A stretch of DNA of 62,040 nt, the filler included, from Sphacelaria rigidula (taxonomy: Eukaryota), in NCBI GenBank assembly GCA_964200075.2. It is 10 parts of 10 records of this genome, joined end to end, with 100 filler letters (N's around TTAATTAATTAA, not from the genome) between each part and the next. Parts side by side here need not be neighbours in the genome. Positions count along the whole stretch, not along the records: positions 31,071 to 37,184 come from CAXNAA020022133.1; positions 37,285 to 43,398 come from CAXNAA020022134.1; positions 43,499 to 49,612 come from CAXNAA020022135.1; 7 more parts are not named here. One strand, 5' to 3'. The notes below the pieces were generated by a model that was not told the origin of the DNA, made no database searches, and saw only the letters and a list, made by a program, of their open reading frames with translations. Shown in pieces: positions 35,260 through 49,086 of this stretch (position 1 is its first letter; each line of letters starts with the position of its first letter). The position numbers were made by a program, and so were the translations under genes.

Positions 35260-36775
35260 CAGTGGAAGGTGTGTGCGTTCGTCACAGACAAGTGCGAAAG
35301 AGAAAAAATAGCGCAACAAGTAAGTCAACACGACCTATATATAGTAGGAATTCAAGAGCCACGGGAGAAAGAGGGGGCGGAAATAGGATACAATGTTGAA
35401 GAGTGCGCATGGATAGGGAAAAGGCGGAAGGGACAGGAGTCCAAGAGCAGGGGAGCGGGGAGAGTAGGATTCTCAGTCAAAAGGGATACCTATGTGATAT
35501 AATAGAAGTGATCGACACACGAAATTCGACAAGAGCATATGGATAAGGGTACCACGAGAGAGGGGATCGAATGCCTTCTTCGTGTTATCATCTACATGCA
35601 CCCAAAATCGAAGAGTAGGATCAACAATATACAACGGAGGTTTGCAGAGATGACAGCAGAGATGTACATAAGTATGAAAGGAAAGGAGAAGTAATGTTAG
35701 CGGGAGGTTTTAATGCAAGGGTATGAAGAGCAGGTCAACCGAATGATATCATTGGGCAATACGGGGAAGTTAAGACGAATACGAATAGTGGAAATGTTCA
35801 TGTTCCTCGAGCATAACGAGATTAAGACGCTGAACGATAGAGCACAAGAGGCAGAGGCACAATGGACATGGACTAGGAAATGCAAAAACAAGATAGAAGG
35901 CTCCGTTCTTGACTGTATAGTGGTAGATCATGAAAATAGTAAATAAATGGAAGTACATGTATGCGCGGAGGACGTGGGCACCCCAGATCATTGCCTACTA
36001 TGGACAGAGGGCGAACAGACGAGAGCTAAAAGAAATGGGCGGGGTAGGAAGTTGTACAAATGAAGAATCGATAAACTAGATATGGAAGAAAAACGGCAAG
36101 AGTTCCAAGAAGAGATGCCCAATTTGCAGTGAAACTTTCCGAGCTATTGGAACGCGTAGATACCGTTGCTACCGAAATTGAAACAAACCAGGCAGGAGCG
36201 AAGATCACATAGAAGAATAGGAGCAGATGGTCAAGATCACAGCGAGTAAAGTCATGGGGAAGAAATTGATCGTATGCGACAGAGCAGTAAAATGATGGGA
36301 TGAGGAAGTAAAAGAGGCTAAAAGAGCAAGGAGAGAGGCCCACGCGAGGTGGATATCGAGTAAAACTACGGCAGGATAGGAGGACTATTCTAAAGCTCGA
36401 AAGGAAGCAAATCATATGATACAGCTGGGAAAGAAGGGAGTATGGGAAGATCTGGTGAAAAAACCTCATATAGATTTCGACGGCTGGATAAAACAAATAT
36501 GGGAAGGGATAAAAAGGACAACGGGAAACCAGGTAGGAAAGATGGACAAGGAGATAGCTACACTCCAGGCACAGAGCCATAAAATGGTCAGTAGTTCGAA
36601 GGGGAAGAGAGAAAGGCTAGTCGAGCACTACCGCAAACCAGGAACACCAAAAACAACCACGGAGCCGGACATAGAATTCGAAAAAGAAACCAACGTGTGG
36701 GCAGATAGGCAAATGTAGAGACGTCACAACGGGAGGATAGAGGCTCGAAAGAATTGCAGAGAGAGTGCACTGCAA
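35260..36775 (+). mobile_element. Degraded LINE ORF2, APE endonuclease and linker
   Basis: IVGIQE, WIGKRR...GAGRVGF, GGFNARV (GDFN motif), WTW...SVLDCIVVD, DH motif and W.DEEVKEA. Many stops and frameshifts. Confidence 0.9.
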
Positions 36776-38639
36776 TAGTCAGTGTCAGAAGTATGCAGAA
36801 CCCGTAATTTCTAGTTTCCCAAAGACTGTCCAAATCTGGTTTGCTTGCCACCACTCATCACAGTGACTGTTGGATGCCAAAACATGGGCATCCGGAGATA
36901 CTTGATACCTCTTGACAAATATTGAAATAAAATTTGTCTGCGATTAATAATGAGTGACTTGCAGGCTTGACCGATCATCGAGTGTGCTGCAAAAATACGA
37001 CCCCAGGCTCTAGCTTTTCGGTATTTTCGGTGGACCGACTCGATCCGGATCATATAAATGAAGACTCAAACAAGATTGTGTTTGAAAATTCCACCCAGTC
37101 ACTGCGCTAAAGAGCAATGCTACGGTAGGGGTGCACTTTTTCCGCGAAATTTTGTCTGGTTCAGGGGCTCCTAACGATTCTAGANNNNNNNNNNNNNNNN
37201 NNNNNNNNNNNNNNNNNNNNNNNNNNNNTTAATTAATTAANNNNNNNNNNNNNNNNNNNNNNNNNNNNNNNNNNNNNNNNNNNNAGCAATGATCGTGTTC
37301 TAGACATTCTCTATATTATCCCGGTAGTTTTATTGCAAAACAACCCACCATGATCAGTATGTACTTTGTTTCCGGGGTTGCATTTTTATTGTGGCCATGA
37401 GGATTTATGGAATGCACATGCAGTAAAGCTTCCATTTTATTTCGATCTTGTTTGCTTTTCTTTCATCTTACATACTCATAGTGTTTACATCTCCGGGTGT
37501 CGCGTCTACCATAACTGTCTTTCGAGCCCCTCGATTGTATTTTGAGTGCTGTGTAATTTTGCGCCGCCGTCGTCTTGCTCTTTCGAGCTGCACTATTTTT
37601 CATTTCATGCTCTGGAAAAATTGTATTTTATTTTGATTGTCTCATCATTTACGCCGCCGTCGTCTTGCTTTTTCGAGCTGCACCATTTTTCATTTCATGT
37701 TCTGGTAATTTTGTATTTGCGTTTGGCGCTCGCTATGTTTTTCTTTGACCATGCGGGTGTAGGCTATCTGCAGGGCCCAGGCCTTGTCTGTTGCGCCGCC
37801 TGCTGTACGCATCATGCTTGAGCAGGATTCCGCTGGTAATCGTTTCATCTATCTGGCTCGCAAGGCCGAAACCCTGAATTTACCGCCCGGCACACGACCT
37901 TTCGATCTGCGTCACGTGGTATAAATCCGAGCCATATTTTCATGTACCCCAAGACTTCCAGCGTATACTAACCACGCCCTCTATTACTTCCGCCCTTGTT
38001 TCACCCACACTCTTGTCCTGGGTGGGTCGCATCCCGAGGAGGGAACCGGCACTAAACATCATTGCGTTGGGGTGGACACGCAAGAAACACTGAACGGTTT
38101 GCCAATGACGGTATGTTCCCGCGTGGAGTGTCTGCAATTTGGTTTGTTTTACCTAATACCGGGTACCTTTTTATGGAGTGTCCGCAATTTGGTTTGGGTT
38201 AGCTAATCCCGGGTACCTTTTCATGGCATTCTGGTAGCAGGGTCATTACCTTGGTGCCACTAAATAGGATCCCCATTTTATCCTACACTGATAATCGATC
38301 GTATGGTTTACTATTCACCAGGTTGACTTCTTCACGCACCCTGTACCGTAGTTGGATACTACCTTGTTCCTTCGCGGTACCGTTGGATAATATACATTGT
38401 TCAGTTGCTTCAAACTTGGTTTTCGATATCATGTTGCCACTCATCTTCCCGTGGAATACCTTGTCATTACTTACGCAGACGTACGTAGTTTCCCTATGTT
38501 GCCTTTTTGCCCTTCATGCCAAGCCTACCATGCAAGTTGACTGCGCGACTATATACCTTGTTTTTGACGGTTCTTACAGGCCCTACATATAGTTTTTAGA
38601 CACTTATTTCGCTGATATGGTCGCTGGACCCCCTTGGGG

Positions 38640-39070
38640 GGGGTGAAGCACGAGTTCCATATTTTTTGCTGGTTGTTGTCTCGCGTGCACACCCTTTGCC
38701 ACAAAACAACGCGGTTTCACACCATGAGAACGCCGCATGATAAAAAACAAATGCACAAGCTTCTTGACCGAGGTGTTGCTCACCCGACTTTCCCCGGAAA
38801 AATTTGTCGACTGTACGATTTTATGTTCAGTAAAATTCCCCAAGTTCGCCAAATATATCTTTACTGCAGGGTCTCACAGGTTCCTTAGCATGTTAATCGA
38901 TAATACCGGCATACAACCAGCCCCCTCTAAATGCAACGCAATTGCTCAGACGTCACGTTCATACAATCGAAAAACAATGTTCGTTCCTAAACCCACCGGG
39001 TACCTTGGACAGTTTGTGCAGGACCGTAGCATTCTAGTCGCCCCGCTGAACGATATTCTAAATAAGTAGG
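38640..39070 (+). mobile_element. Degraded Gypsy-type reverse transcriptase C-terminal fragment
   Basis: FLSMLIDNTGIQPAPSKCNAI...TGYLGQFVQDRSILVAPLNDIL fits the RT thumb/connection pattern. Confidence 0.75.
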
Positions 39071-39999
39071 AAAGGTAACCATACTACTGCATGATGTAGG
39101 ACACGCGCGCTCTCCTGATGCTGTCAAACTCATGTGCCGTACAATTGCAGCAAGATTTCACCACTGTCATTTCTGTGCCTTGTCTCCGTATATTCAGTAC
39201 AGCGTACCTCATTATTATTTTTTCATTCAGCATGCGTTGTCTAATTTTATTCTCGCCATAATTATGTCTACAGTTTCACAGGATTCGAGAACCTAGGGGG
39301 ATGGCTGCTGAAAAGGTTACAGAATTGTACAAATCTTGGCCCCAGAGAGAGTACGTTTCACGCACACTCTTGCGCAATCGTACCCTACCCGACGACCCGA
39401 CGCCATGCTACCGTCTGACACATTCCCCTTCGAGCTCTGGACTGGCCGTAAACATTACACACGTACCACTGCTGTCTCAATAGCAAGAAGTTCCTTCCAC
39501 ATCCGCCCACCCCATCCGAAACACCTCATACCCGAAGTGTTTGTGTCACACCTTGAGGGGGACCAAACTGGAACGCCACACCCACATTCCACCTGACCCC
39601 TAAATTTGTGTCGTGTTGGACTGCATTGCCTGTATCTGTCACCATGTTGGATTGTCGAGAACTCTACGTTGTTTCAGGCACTGACGGGTGGGGAAAAGGG
39701 AAAGACTTCAAAGGGGGGAGGGGCGTACTCATTTGCTTCGAGCATCCAAGTAATTCCCCTAGCTGCTGTAATCTGCACTATTCCCAACTCCTTCACCAAC
39801 TTCACTTCATCCAAGTAGTTTCTGAGCTGTTGCACTCTGTACTGTTTTCATCTTCTTCACTATTTTTACTACATCCAAGTATTCTTTTCTTTGCTGCCAT
39901 TTGCACCGATTCCGCATCAAAGTATTCTCTTAGCTGCGGCCAGCTGCACTGTTCCCAGTTGTTCCATCAACTTCACCCCTTGCTTTGCCATGTTTCATG

Positions 40000-40205
40000 C
40001 TTGTATCAGGTCATCAAAGAATACCTCGATTAGAGAGGGTGATAACGTACACCCTGGTGCGACTCCTTGCAAAATATCAAAATATTTCGATATTTCCCTG
40101 TCTAGCATCGTCGCACTTTTGGCACATTTCTTCCGTCTTAATCGTCCACACGTTTCCTTTGATCACAGTTCCTCATGTGTCATGAGCCTTTTGCACCTGT
40201 ATCAC
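40000..40205 (-). mobile_element. Degraded LINE reverse transcriptase fragment
   Basis: VQKAHDT and SKYFDILQGVAPGCTLSPSLIEVFFDDLI correspond to the KAYD and GVxQGxxLSP motifs. Confidence 0.85.
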
Positions 40206-41148
40206 CCCACAGTTTCTTCGACCCCGCCATCGCAATCGAACACCCCGCTTCCCCACGTAGTGATGCCTTGAAACTTTTGCCATAGGTGCTACCTTCTGGA
40301 AAGGCTACAGCAGTGCCGAGCTGAAGCACCATGTGTATGATTATGGGAATTTCTTTCGGCGAGTACGATACGAAGATGGAGACTGGAAACAGCCATCTCG
40401 CTTGGAAGTTTAGCGCCCCAAGCTGGAACGGAGGAGCCAAAGATAGACTGCAGCCATGGACGTGTACGAATGGCTGTTGTGTGATGTGGTATACGATATC
40501 ATTGCGAGAGGAATACGGTAGTGAAATAAGGGAATATGTAACTATATATTGCTGCTACCGCACGCTTCAGTCATGCTTTTCGAGTGTTCCTTGTCTTTTT
40601 CGTGTGTTGCTTTGTTATCGATTGCTCCCCATTTGGTATTATACAGGCACATGTGTGAGTCAAGGCGCGTGAGCTCTATTTCCAGTAGAATAGGTGTCGG
40701 TAGTTACAGAAGAGCACCCCTCAAAAGCTGCACTCCTGTAAATATTGATCAGTTCGCGGAAAGGTTGTTTTAAGCGAGGTTTAAGCCCCGCACTACCCTA
40801 GAGTGCAGTGTAATTGATCCAGGGTGTCGACGCGCGATCACGCCAACTAGCCGATCGTTCTCCAGTCTAACTGAGATCCCGGGAAAACGACAGCGACCGT
40901 ACGTGTCTGCTGTTTCTGTCGTTGGAAAGGGCGTTATAGATTTTTCCCTTTCCTAACGGATGGAGTTTTCCCCTGCTTATCAGGGTTACCTATTCATTAT
41001 ATCTGCAACGAGTTTTCCCCTGTACTGTAATTTAGCAGGTTTTTCTCGTTTTACTTTCAGGCGTATGATGCACAGGCTTTGTTTTTGTTCTGGCCCTTCC
41101 AGCCCTCCAATAAATTCGTGTGTAGCCATATAAATATGGCTAGGGGGA

Positions 41149-41640
41149 TGTTACAGATTTATTGGTCATGTTCCAGTCGACTGGGTTCCATTTGTCATAC
41201 TTTGTCATGCTTGGTACCTGATGGGCCATACTACATTGTTTGATTGAATTGAGCTGCCTGCCCCCTTTGGGTCACAGCGTTTTGGACTATGCATCTCAAC
41301 TAGCAAAGCACAAGCTAGCCTGTACGCCAATAATAAAAGAGCATCTACGCCATCATGGACTGCTATCTCAGAGGATTCTCTGGTCTTCACAAATGTAAGC
41401 TTGACCTACATGCAACACATGTTGTGCTGCAGCCTGCGCGGCTCATTGCATGACACTTGACCACTGGTGCGGTGGCTGACTTTACACTCGGTAATGTCAA
41501 ACCCAATGGCTTCGGTACTAAGGATTGTGTTTGGGCCTGCTAGCCCCGGTGCCCACGGAACTGGCATCTTCCTACCCAGGTGGTAAGTATCGTACCATGA
41601 CATACCTCTAAGACTCTTCTGTTCTATCATCCCCTCTAAC
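41149..41640 (+). mobile_element. LTR-like ~490-bp repeat preceded by AGGGGGA. Second copy at 46324-46811
   Basis: Both copies start TGTTA(C/T)AGATTTATTGGTCAT and share ATCTCAACTAGC...AGCATCTACGC. The 46-kb copy ends ...CAACA (TG..CA). No clean TSD. Confidence 0.55.
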
Positions 41641-43608
41641 TTGGCCATTTTCCCATCCCGTGTGCGCTTTTTTCGCCTGTCTCACTATGCCTACAGCTAC
41701 ACCTCGATATCCTACTCAGGGATATCAAGGGCTTCAGTGGCAAGCTACCCCACAAAGCATATCGGGCCTCAATGAGGGACATTTCGGAACTGAAACTATT
41801 TATTAACCAATTGGCCACTTTTCACTCTCGATCGTATCCTCTACTCTCAATCTCACGATAACACTGTTTTGCCTCAGTCGTTTGACCAGTCATTGACCGA
41901 CCACAAATGCATCCCTTTCTTTCGAGACAGAGCAGGTCGGGGTGGTCGACGTCATTATATATATTTTCAACAACATAGATATCGTTCTCCCCCTGTACAA
42001 AAAATCCCAAAACACCCCTCCCCCCTCCCCTCCGCCCAACATACCCAAATCATATCAAGTGTATGCATAATGCTTGAAGAGAGAGACGCCTTACCCTTGT
42101 CCAACAAACCCCGACACAATGAGAGCACCCCATGATCGACGCAATCCCATCTCGACCCTTCCGTCAGACACGTTCATCAAAACTATAACCAACCAACCAA
42201 CCCGCACCCGCACCTTTTCATTCCTCTTTCATTTAATTATTTATCCACATAGATTCGCATAGTAGCACCCCAACCACCTCTCCTCTCATCGCCGTTCCCT
42301 TGTCCGGAAAAACTTGAACAACAAAAATCAATTCCCCAGTCCATCCACCCCAACCACACACCAAACAAAACACCACCCACACAATTATAGTGTACACGAC
42401 TATTCATCGTTTGACTGGTTGTAATCCAAGAAATGCCAACTGGAACCCCGAAAGAAACGACTCTGTCCCCCTGGACGCATTTGTTTTAGCTGTCAAAAAT
42501 TGAATGTGGAATTCAACCCCGTTCAAAAGGGTGGCACTATAGTACTGGGCGCCTAAACTATTTGTTGTTCAGAAAGATTTTTTCTCACGACTACACTTCA
42601 TAGAAGGGTTTTTTTCTCACGACTGCTCTCCGATGGGACTCAAAAGTGCTAGCGTTTTGGTAGATTTTGATAAAATGAACAGATATTTCCCCCTCCCCAG
42701 TGCCCAAGTTAGTGCTACGTGGTGTTGTCGGGCGATACGAGTACATACCCCGTTTATCAGGAGGGTCTTATTCACCGTGAAACACACTTATTCCGCTCTG
42801 GTGCAATAAAAGGTATCTCAAACTCGGCTCCCGGTATCCTGGTTTGTTTCGTTCTATTTTTTCACGTTATAGTGATGCCGATTCATAAGATGATGAAACC
42901 CTTTGACCGCCATGTCAGGTCCTCCTGTGCATCGCGATCACTTTCACTTGAAAAAATGATACACAACTCAGAGCCAGCGAATAAACCAGGATACCGGGAG
43001 CCGAGTTTGAGACACCTCTTTATAGGTAGAATTCGAAAAACAAATCCTGTACAATACGTTTCTTCACAAATACGATCGGAATAGATCGACCGAAAATGCT
43101 GAAGAGTCAGAATCTGGGCTGAAACGTATGGCAGGACTCCCGATGACCGAGCAGGCTGTAAGTCACTCAATATTGAGGCCGCTTCTTATAGACTGAAAAA
43201 AAGTCTCTGAGAAAAGTCATTTTGGTCAATCTCCAGAGACGTTTTCCAGAACGCGACCTTATAGGGCCATTTTTCATTAAGAAAGCTTCTGGGAATTGGC
43301 CACAATTTGCAGACAGCGGGATTTCGACAAATCTCTCTGTGAAAAGCCATAGATTCGCATAGACTTTTTTCCGTCTGCGAATTGTCGTTCCATCACACNN
43401 NNNNNNNNNNNNNNNNNNNNNNNNNNNNNNNNNNNNNNNNNNTTAATTAATTAANNNNNNNNNNNNNNNNNNNNNNNNNNNNNNNNNNNNNNNNNNNNGT
43501 TCTCATCCTCAATGAAAAGCACCATCCTCAACATAGATGATCGGCTGTTAGCAAAGGGAAGGTGAGGTTTGAGCCCGATCGCCATACACGGATGAAATAT
43601 GGCTATTC

Positions 43609-44763
43609 ACACGTGGACAGATAGCACCCTGTAGGACGTGCTGCACAGGGTCCTTTGCAGTCTTTGTGAAACCCCTGTACGGCATTGGCAAACCCTGGTA
43701 CCTCTACCAGCATTTTGCGTTGCGTTTCTCTCGACACCCTGTAAGCAACCCTGTGGAAGGGCACTCCCAATTTCAAAATTCCAAACTATTTTGTCACAAA
43801 ATCTAGTTATTCATTTACTAAGAGAAGCTATTCGAAATAAATCATGTATGGGATTCGTACAGCAGATCAAAAAAAGGATTTATTTCGAACAGCTTCTTCT
43901 ACTGCACAAATCCCATACACACTGGAAAATTTGGAATTTGAACAGGAGAAGAAGCTCGAAATATACCCTCGCTTTACTCGTCAAGTCATCCGGAAATTGG
44001 ACAAAAAAAAAACTTATTCCAAACAGCCTCAGCTGTGCAAGTCCCGCATATTGTACCGTGATTAGAGGATGGGGTCCAAGATGCAGCACAAGTTGTTGAA
44101 AATAATACATCCCCTTGTCCCACAATTCATATATAAATCGGGCAAAAGGATAGAATTATCATCAGCTTTCGCTGAATACAAGTCCCAAACACTACTTACG
44201 AGTGTATGTCCACACGCCTGTGCTTCGAAACGACGCTTCAGCTGCAGGTGTGGTGAAGGTGCTAGGTGGTCGGTGTATACCTTGTATATGTATGCACATA
44301 GCTCATGAACACCCAGTCGTCCAATGTCTACCAAAACAAACGGAGTGTTTTTTTTATCAAAAACACTCGATCCATCATGCTCGTGTTTATGAAAGTTTTT
44401 AATTGATATGCATTAAAAGCACAAAAGTACATAGTACTCTCAACAACCAATCGGAGGTAGTTCAGTGTATAGCATGTTGTACTCCCGATTACAGAAGAGC
44501 GAGCTCAACGTCTACCACTGTCATATTTCGACTCTTTTTTTCTGCCAGTACCGTGCCCGCGCTGTAAGGTGGAACATCTTGCATGTGCGTTATAACACTG
44601 TACAGCATATTAACAACCATGAACAGTACACGGGGCGACGAAACCCTGTGAAGCGTACTGTGTGGCGCAAACAAATACCCTACAGCCAAATCCCCACGAG
44701 AAACACTGTACGGTTTCCCTGAACCCTGTAGACCTGCCCCACAGGGTGATATCTGTCCACGTA
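43609..44763. mobile_element. ~1.15-kb non-autonomous TIR element
   Basis: Left ACGTGGACAGATAGCACCCTGT and right ACAGGGTGATATCTGTCCACGT are inverted. Subterminal ACCCTGT repeats. The internal GGATTTATTTCGAACAGC block is shared with ~11884. Confidence 0.7.
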
Positions 44764-45444
44764 TGTAATGTCAGGGCCATTCTTTGCTTTTCGCCATTAT
44801 ATTTTCCCTTCCCTTCCCTGCAGCAAAGGGAAGGTGAGGTCTGAGCCCAATCAGTTTATACTGATGAATTTTGGTATTGTTAGGGCCTTTATTGGTTTTA
44901 TACCATGTTGTTGATAACCCCCACGCGTGCGAGGCCCGTGGCGTTGATACCTGCTGCACTGCTGCCACACGCGTCAGTCATGGCTCACCACTTGTTATTA
45001 CCGGTATTATTTGTTCCGCACATTAAACCGAACTCTCGAACCAGCGTTCACAGACTTAGGTTTGCCTTTCCAATGCCGACCTGCTATTCCTTACAAGAGA
45101 AAAGAAGTCTCAATGTTGCTTCTGATACTCCAAAGAGAATAATAAAGCAATGTCAAATGAGAAAATAATAATAGAGAGACGTCAAGAGAACGGGAGGAAT
45201 AACCCCCTCAGATCTGCCACCGAAGTATACCGAAGAGACAGGAAAATGAGGACAAAAGGGGTTAAAATGGCTACATAGCGAGGATCATTCAACAACCCGG
45301 ATACCCTCATGGACAAATACGAAAGCTGTTCGGAATATGGCAGATGCACAAGCGGATGTACAGCGCGACGGTCATCGGTAAGCAGCGAGAGACCTCCAGT
45401 GGTAACACAACAAATAATTCCTTGGCATAGCATGTGCATGTTCG

Positions 45445-45925
45445 TCCCACGCTCCACGACTCATCACCACTAGAAAACATCTTGGGCAATCTGCGTCCAC
45501 GATGTCGCGCTTATTTCGAAGTCGGAGCAGTATTTCGTGACACTACTCGGTGGGCGTCTTGCTGGTTGACCTGACTTCGTCTTCGCTCCGACCATAAATC
45601 CACGCATGACGATGTTGAGGAGGTGTTCGTCGTGCATGCGCACGGCGTGGCCGGCATATGGGAGGATTCGACGCATCGCGGTAGCCTCGATGCACTCGCA
45701 AGGCAATTCTGTTCTCGTGGTGTGGCAGCACGTGGTAGTCGGGAGCGCTGCGGCTTTACGTATGCTGGTCGAGGTACCTCAGCAAGAGTCCCCGGTGGGC
45801 ATTTCGCAACGCGCCGAATTTGTTGTGCGCTATCGTCAAGGCCACGCAGCCGTATAACATTACCCCGATCACTTCTGCCTTCAGGAGATGAACCTTGGTG
45901 GCCAAGGCAATATAGGGGTTTTTAT
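45445..45925 (-). mobile_element. RTE-clade LINE ORF2 C-terminal fragment
   Basis: KVHLLKAEVIGVMLYGC...LRNAHRGLLLR...ECIEAT.RR.L.YAGHAVRM.DE.L...VM.G is the typical RTE post-RT region. Frameshifted. Confidence 0.85.
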
Positions 45926-45928
45926 ATA

Positions 45929-46285
45929 CCGGTCGCCCCGGTGGCTCAGTTGGTAAACTCGAAACCTCCTGACGGTTGGGTCGTGGGTTCGAAGTTCGGT
46001 GCAATCACACGATCTGGGAATTTTCTCACACAACACCAAACAATGAAAAGCGACCATGTCGTAGGTACACGAAATTCGACTTCACGGTCGACGAGGGAAA
46101 GGGACTGATGAACTCCTCTTCTCGCGATAAAAAATCAGGCAAGCGCTGCAGAAGGAGGGTGGAGTACTTGAACGAAAGAAAGAAGAAAAAGCTCCTGCGT
46201 TGGCCTCAATCATGCGTGACCCCGGCTGATGCGCCCACATATACCGAAAGGTGTGGACTGGCGTCCAGAATAGATGGGATGAGAA
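45929..46285 (+). mobile_element. tRNA-derived SINE family B, near full length
   Basis: A box TGGCTCAGTTGG, B box GGGTTCGAAG. Body shared with 14525-14795. Confidence 0.8.
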
Positions 46286-47514
46286 ACATACACAAATATG
46301 CCGCTCTGCTGGACGTACACAAGTGTTATAGATTTATTGGTCATTTTCCAGTTGACTAGTCTCTAGGTGTCGTACTTTATCATGCCTGGTATCCGCCTGT
46401 CTACCCTGATGTGTTGACAGAGCTTTTAGGACTGATCTCAACTAGCGCAGCAGGAATTAGCCCGTTCGCCGATAATACAAGAAGCATCTACGCAATCTCC
46501 AGGACTACATTGTCAGAGGTGTCTCTGGTCTTCTTCTAAAGTAAGCCTGAATCGCATGCAGCCGATGTGCTTCAGCACCTGCGTGACAACTCATAGCCTC
46601 TTTGCTGCTGAGCACGATGTGCGTACTTGAACTCGGTCGAATCCTGGTGCTTGCGAGTCGTCTAGACATGACTGCGAGGGTGCCAACAGACTGGCACCCT
46701 TCACCTCTAGACGTTCTCCACGTGATTCGTGACATGGTGCCCAACCCGCCATACAACATGTACTGCATCGTGCTTCCATACCAGGATGGTGGCTGTCACC
46801 CTGCATCAACATTAAAAACAAAATAAAGTGAGAGAGTGTTTTGGGTGTTACAGCGTGACATTGTCGTTTTGTATAGAATAAACAGTAAGCCCGTAAGCTA
46901 CTGCTGGTCAAAGCTCTGCACCGCCTGTATTGCGTGCTACGGTGTGTTGCATTTTGGGGCTCCGCAGTTTGTTTGATTTGCCGTTGCACAACCTATCTAA
47001 AATGCGAGGGTGTACTGTTTTCGATTCCATACGAAGTAACGTTGAACATGGGCTATGTAGTTTGTTTTTTGTCCCGGGGTTGCACCGTTTTCCCGCCCGC
47101 GTTGCACTATGTTACAATCTTGCCCAAATAGAGCGCCACCAATAGCTTTATGCCTGGGCGGCTTATCACCACTTGATCTCGTCACAAACGGAGTATACAA
47201 GAAGACGGAGGTCCAGACGTCCAAAGCACAATTGACCTAAGTCGATGTATGATTGATTGAGTGGCAGATACGGTCGCAGGAGAACGTGAACGAGCTCATC
47301 TGAACGAGCTCATCTGAACGTGCTCCAATTTTGGTCGCACGAGAACGAGAACGAGCCCATCCGAACGAGCTCATCTGAACGTGCTACAATTCTTCATCTC
47401 AACGGATGCGTCATTCTACGTGGGGTGCAACACTTCGGGGCTTTTCGGGGCAGCTGGCTGTACTGTCGTTTGTTGCTGCCGCGTCACCGCTATTTTGCTG
47501 GTGTCCTGTTGCCC

Positions 47515-47836
47515 TTTGTTGTTGTTCATTGTTTGTTGTTTGTTGTTTGTTGTTGTTTGTTGTTTGTTGTTGGTTGTTGGCTGTTGGTTGTTGGCTGTTG
47601 GCTGTTGGCTGTTGGCTGTTCGTTGTTTGTTGTTTGTTGTTTGTTGTTTGTTGTTTGTTGTTGTTTGTTGTTTGTTGTTTGTTGTTGTTGTTGTTGTTGT
47701 TGGTTGTTGTTGGTTGTTGTTGTTGTTGGTTGTTGGTTGTTGGCGTTGTTGGTTGTTTGTTGTTGGTTGTTCGTTCTTGGTTGTTTGTTCTTGGTTGTTG
47801 GCTGTTAGTTGTTGGTTGTTGGTTGTTGGTTGTTGG

Positions 47837-47868
<32 letters not shown>

Positions 47869-47873
47869 GCTGC

Positions 47874-47909
<36 letters not shown>

Positions 47910-47933
47910 GGTGTTGCTGCTGCTGTGTTGTTG

Positions 47934-47970
<37 letters not shown>

Positions 47971-48115
47971 GGTGTTGCTGCTGCGGTGTTGCTGCTGCTG
48001 TGTTGCTGCTGCTGTGTTGTTGCTGCTGTGTTGTTGCTGCTGCTTCCGCTGTGTTGCTGCTGCTGTGTTGCTGTAGCTGTTATCATTGCTATTGCTGCTG
48101 CTGTTGCTGCTGTTT
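47515..48115. repeat. ~600-bp compound microsatellite (TTGTTGT / GTTGGCT / GTT / GCT)
   Basis: Directly visible. It produces the spurious poly-C/V/L/Q ORFs in the track. Confidence 0.97.
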
Positions 48116-49086
48116 CCACCGTGCTTTCCGCTACCAACAATGTTCTCCTGAGATTGAGAGAAGAGGATACAATTGAGAGTGAAAAGCGGTAAGATAGTGC
48201 ATGAATCGTTTCAGGTCCGAAATGCCCCTTCACGAGGCCCGACATGCTTTCTGTAGTAACTTGGCACCGGGACCCTTGATATCCTCAAGCAGGATATCGA
48301 CGTGAAGCTTTAAGCACACACCAGTGATAGAGGCAAAGAAAAGCACACATGGAATGAAAAAATGGCTAAGTAACAGCGAATCAGCAAAGTCACCTTCAAT
48401 CAGCGCTCTACTCTCAATCTCACGAAAACGGTATTCGCCCTGGTTTGCTGTTGTTGTCCCGCTTGTGGTGTTGTTGTTTTTGCCTCTACCGCCTACTGTC
48501 AGCTGTACGTTTCTTGCTTGCTATCGCATCGCATGTTATCATATGCACGCGTATCTTCCGCCCTTGCGTCCCCATCATTTTGTACCTTGCTCTAATTTGA
48601 ACGCATGGTTTTTGCCATTATCACCTGCATTGTATCACCTTCGCCTGACCTGCACGTGATCACCCATAATATCACCGCTATACGTAAGGCGGGGTCTTAT
48701 CAGAAGTGATTATCACTTTTGTTAAAAACGACCGATGATTGGTTGCTGCGATACCACCCCTTCCGAAAAGTGATTTCGTGACACCTTGAACGGGAACATA
48801 AAACATCCCGTTGACAGGGGCATAACCGAAGTCTTGACAGACACGTCAAAACAATCAAACATTAACCTGAGGATCACATTGCCCTCCCAACCTGAAACAC
48901 AACGCTCCATTCATTGCTGCTCATGAGCTGAGCACGCTGTGCGTGACCTGGCTCGAATCGGTTCAGAATTCAGTGAGAAATGATGAGTGGCGTGAGACGT
49001 GCGCAGAGCACACGCTCAAAAACAGTCAGCAACAGCACGTTTTCGGTTACTATGTGACACGCACGCGGCCGCCTTTCATCTAATAA

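Noticed and set aside
40537..41155. Solo LTR with TGTAAC...GTTACA ends
   Set aside because: The flanks match only 3 of 5, and the right-hand TGTTACA is better explained as the start of the LTR-like repeat shared with 46324.
45929..46010. Functional tRNA genes here and at ~51490-51564 and 55441-55515
   Set aside because: A and B boxes are present, but I cannot fold an acceptor stem or full cloverleaf, and two of the three continue into repeat bodies. They are SINE heads.
47320..48245. Long Cys/Leu/Val/Gln-rich ORFs
   Set aside because: They are translations of a microsatellite that is open in several frames on both strands.
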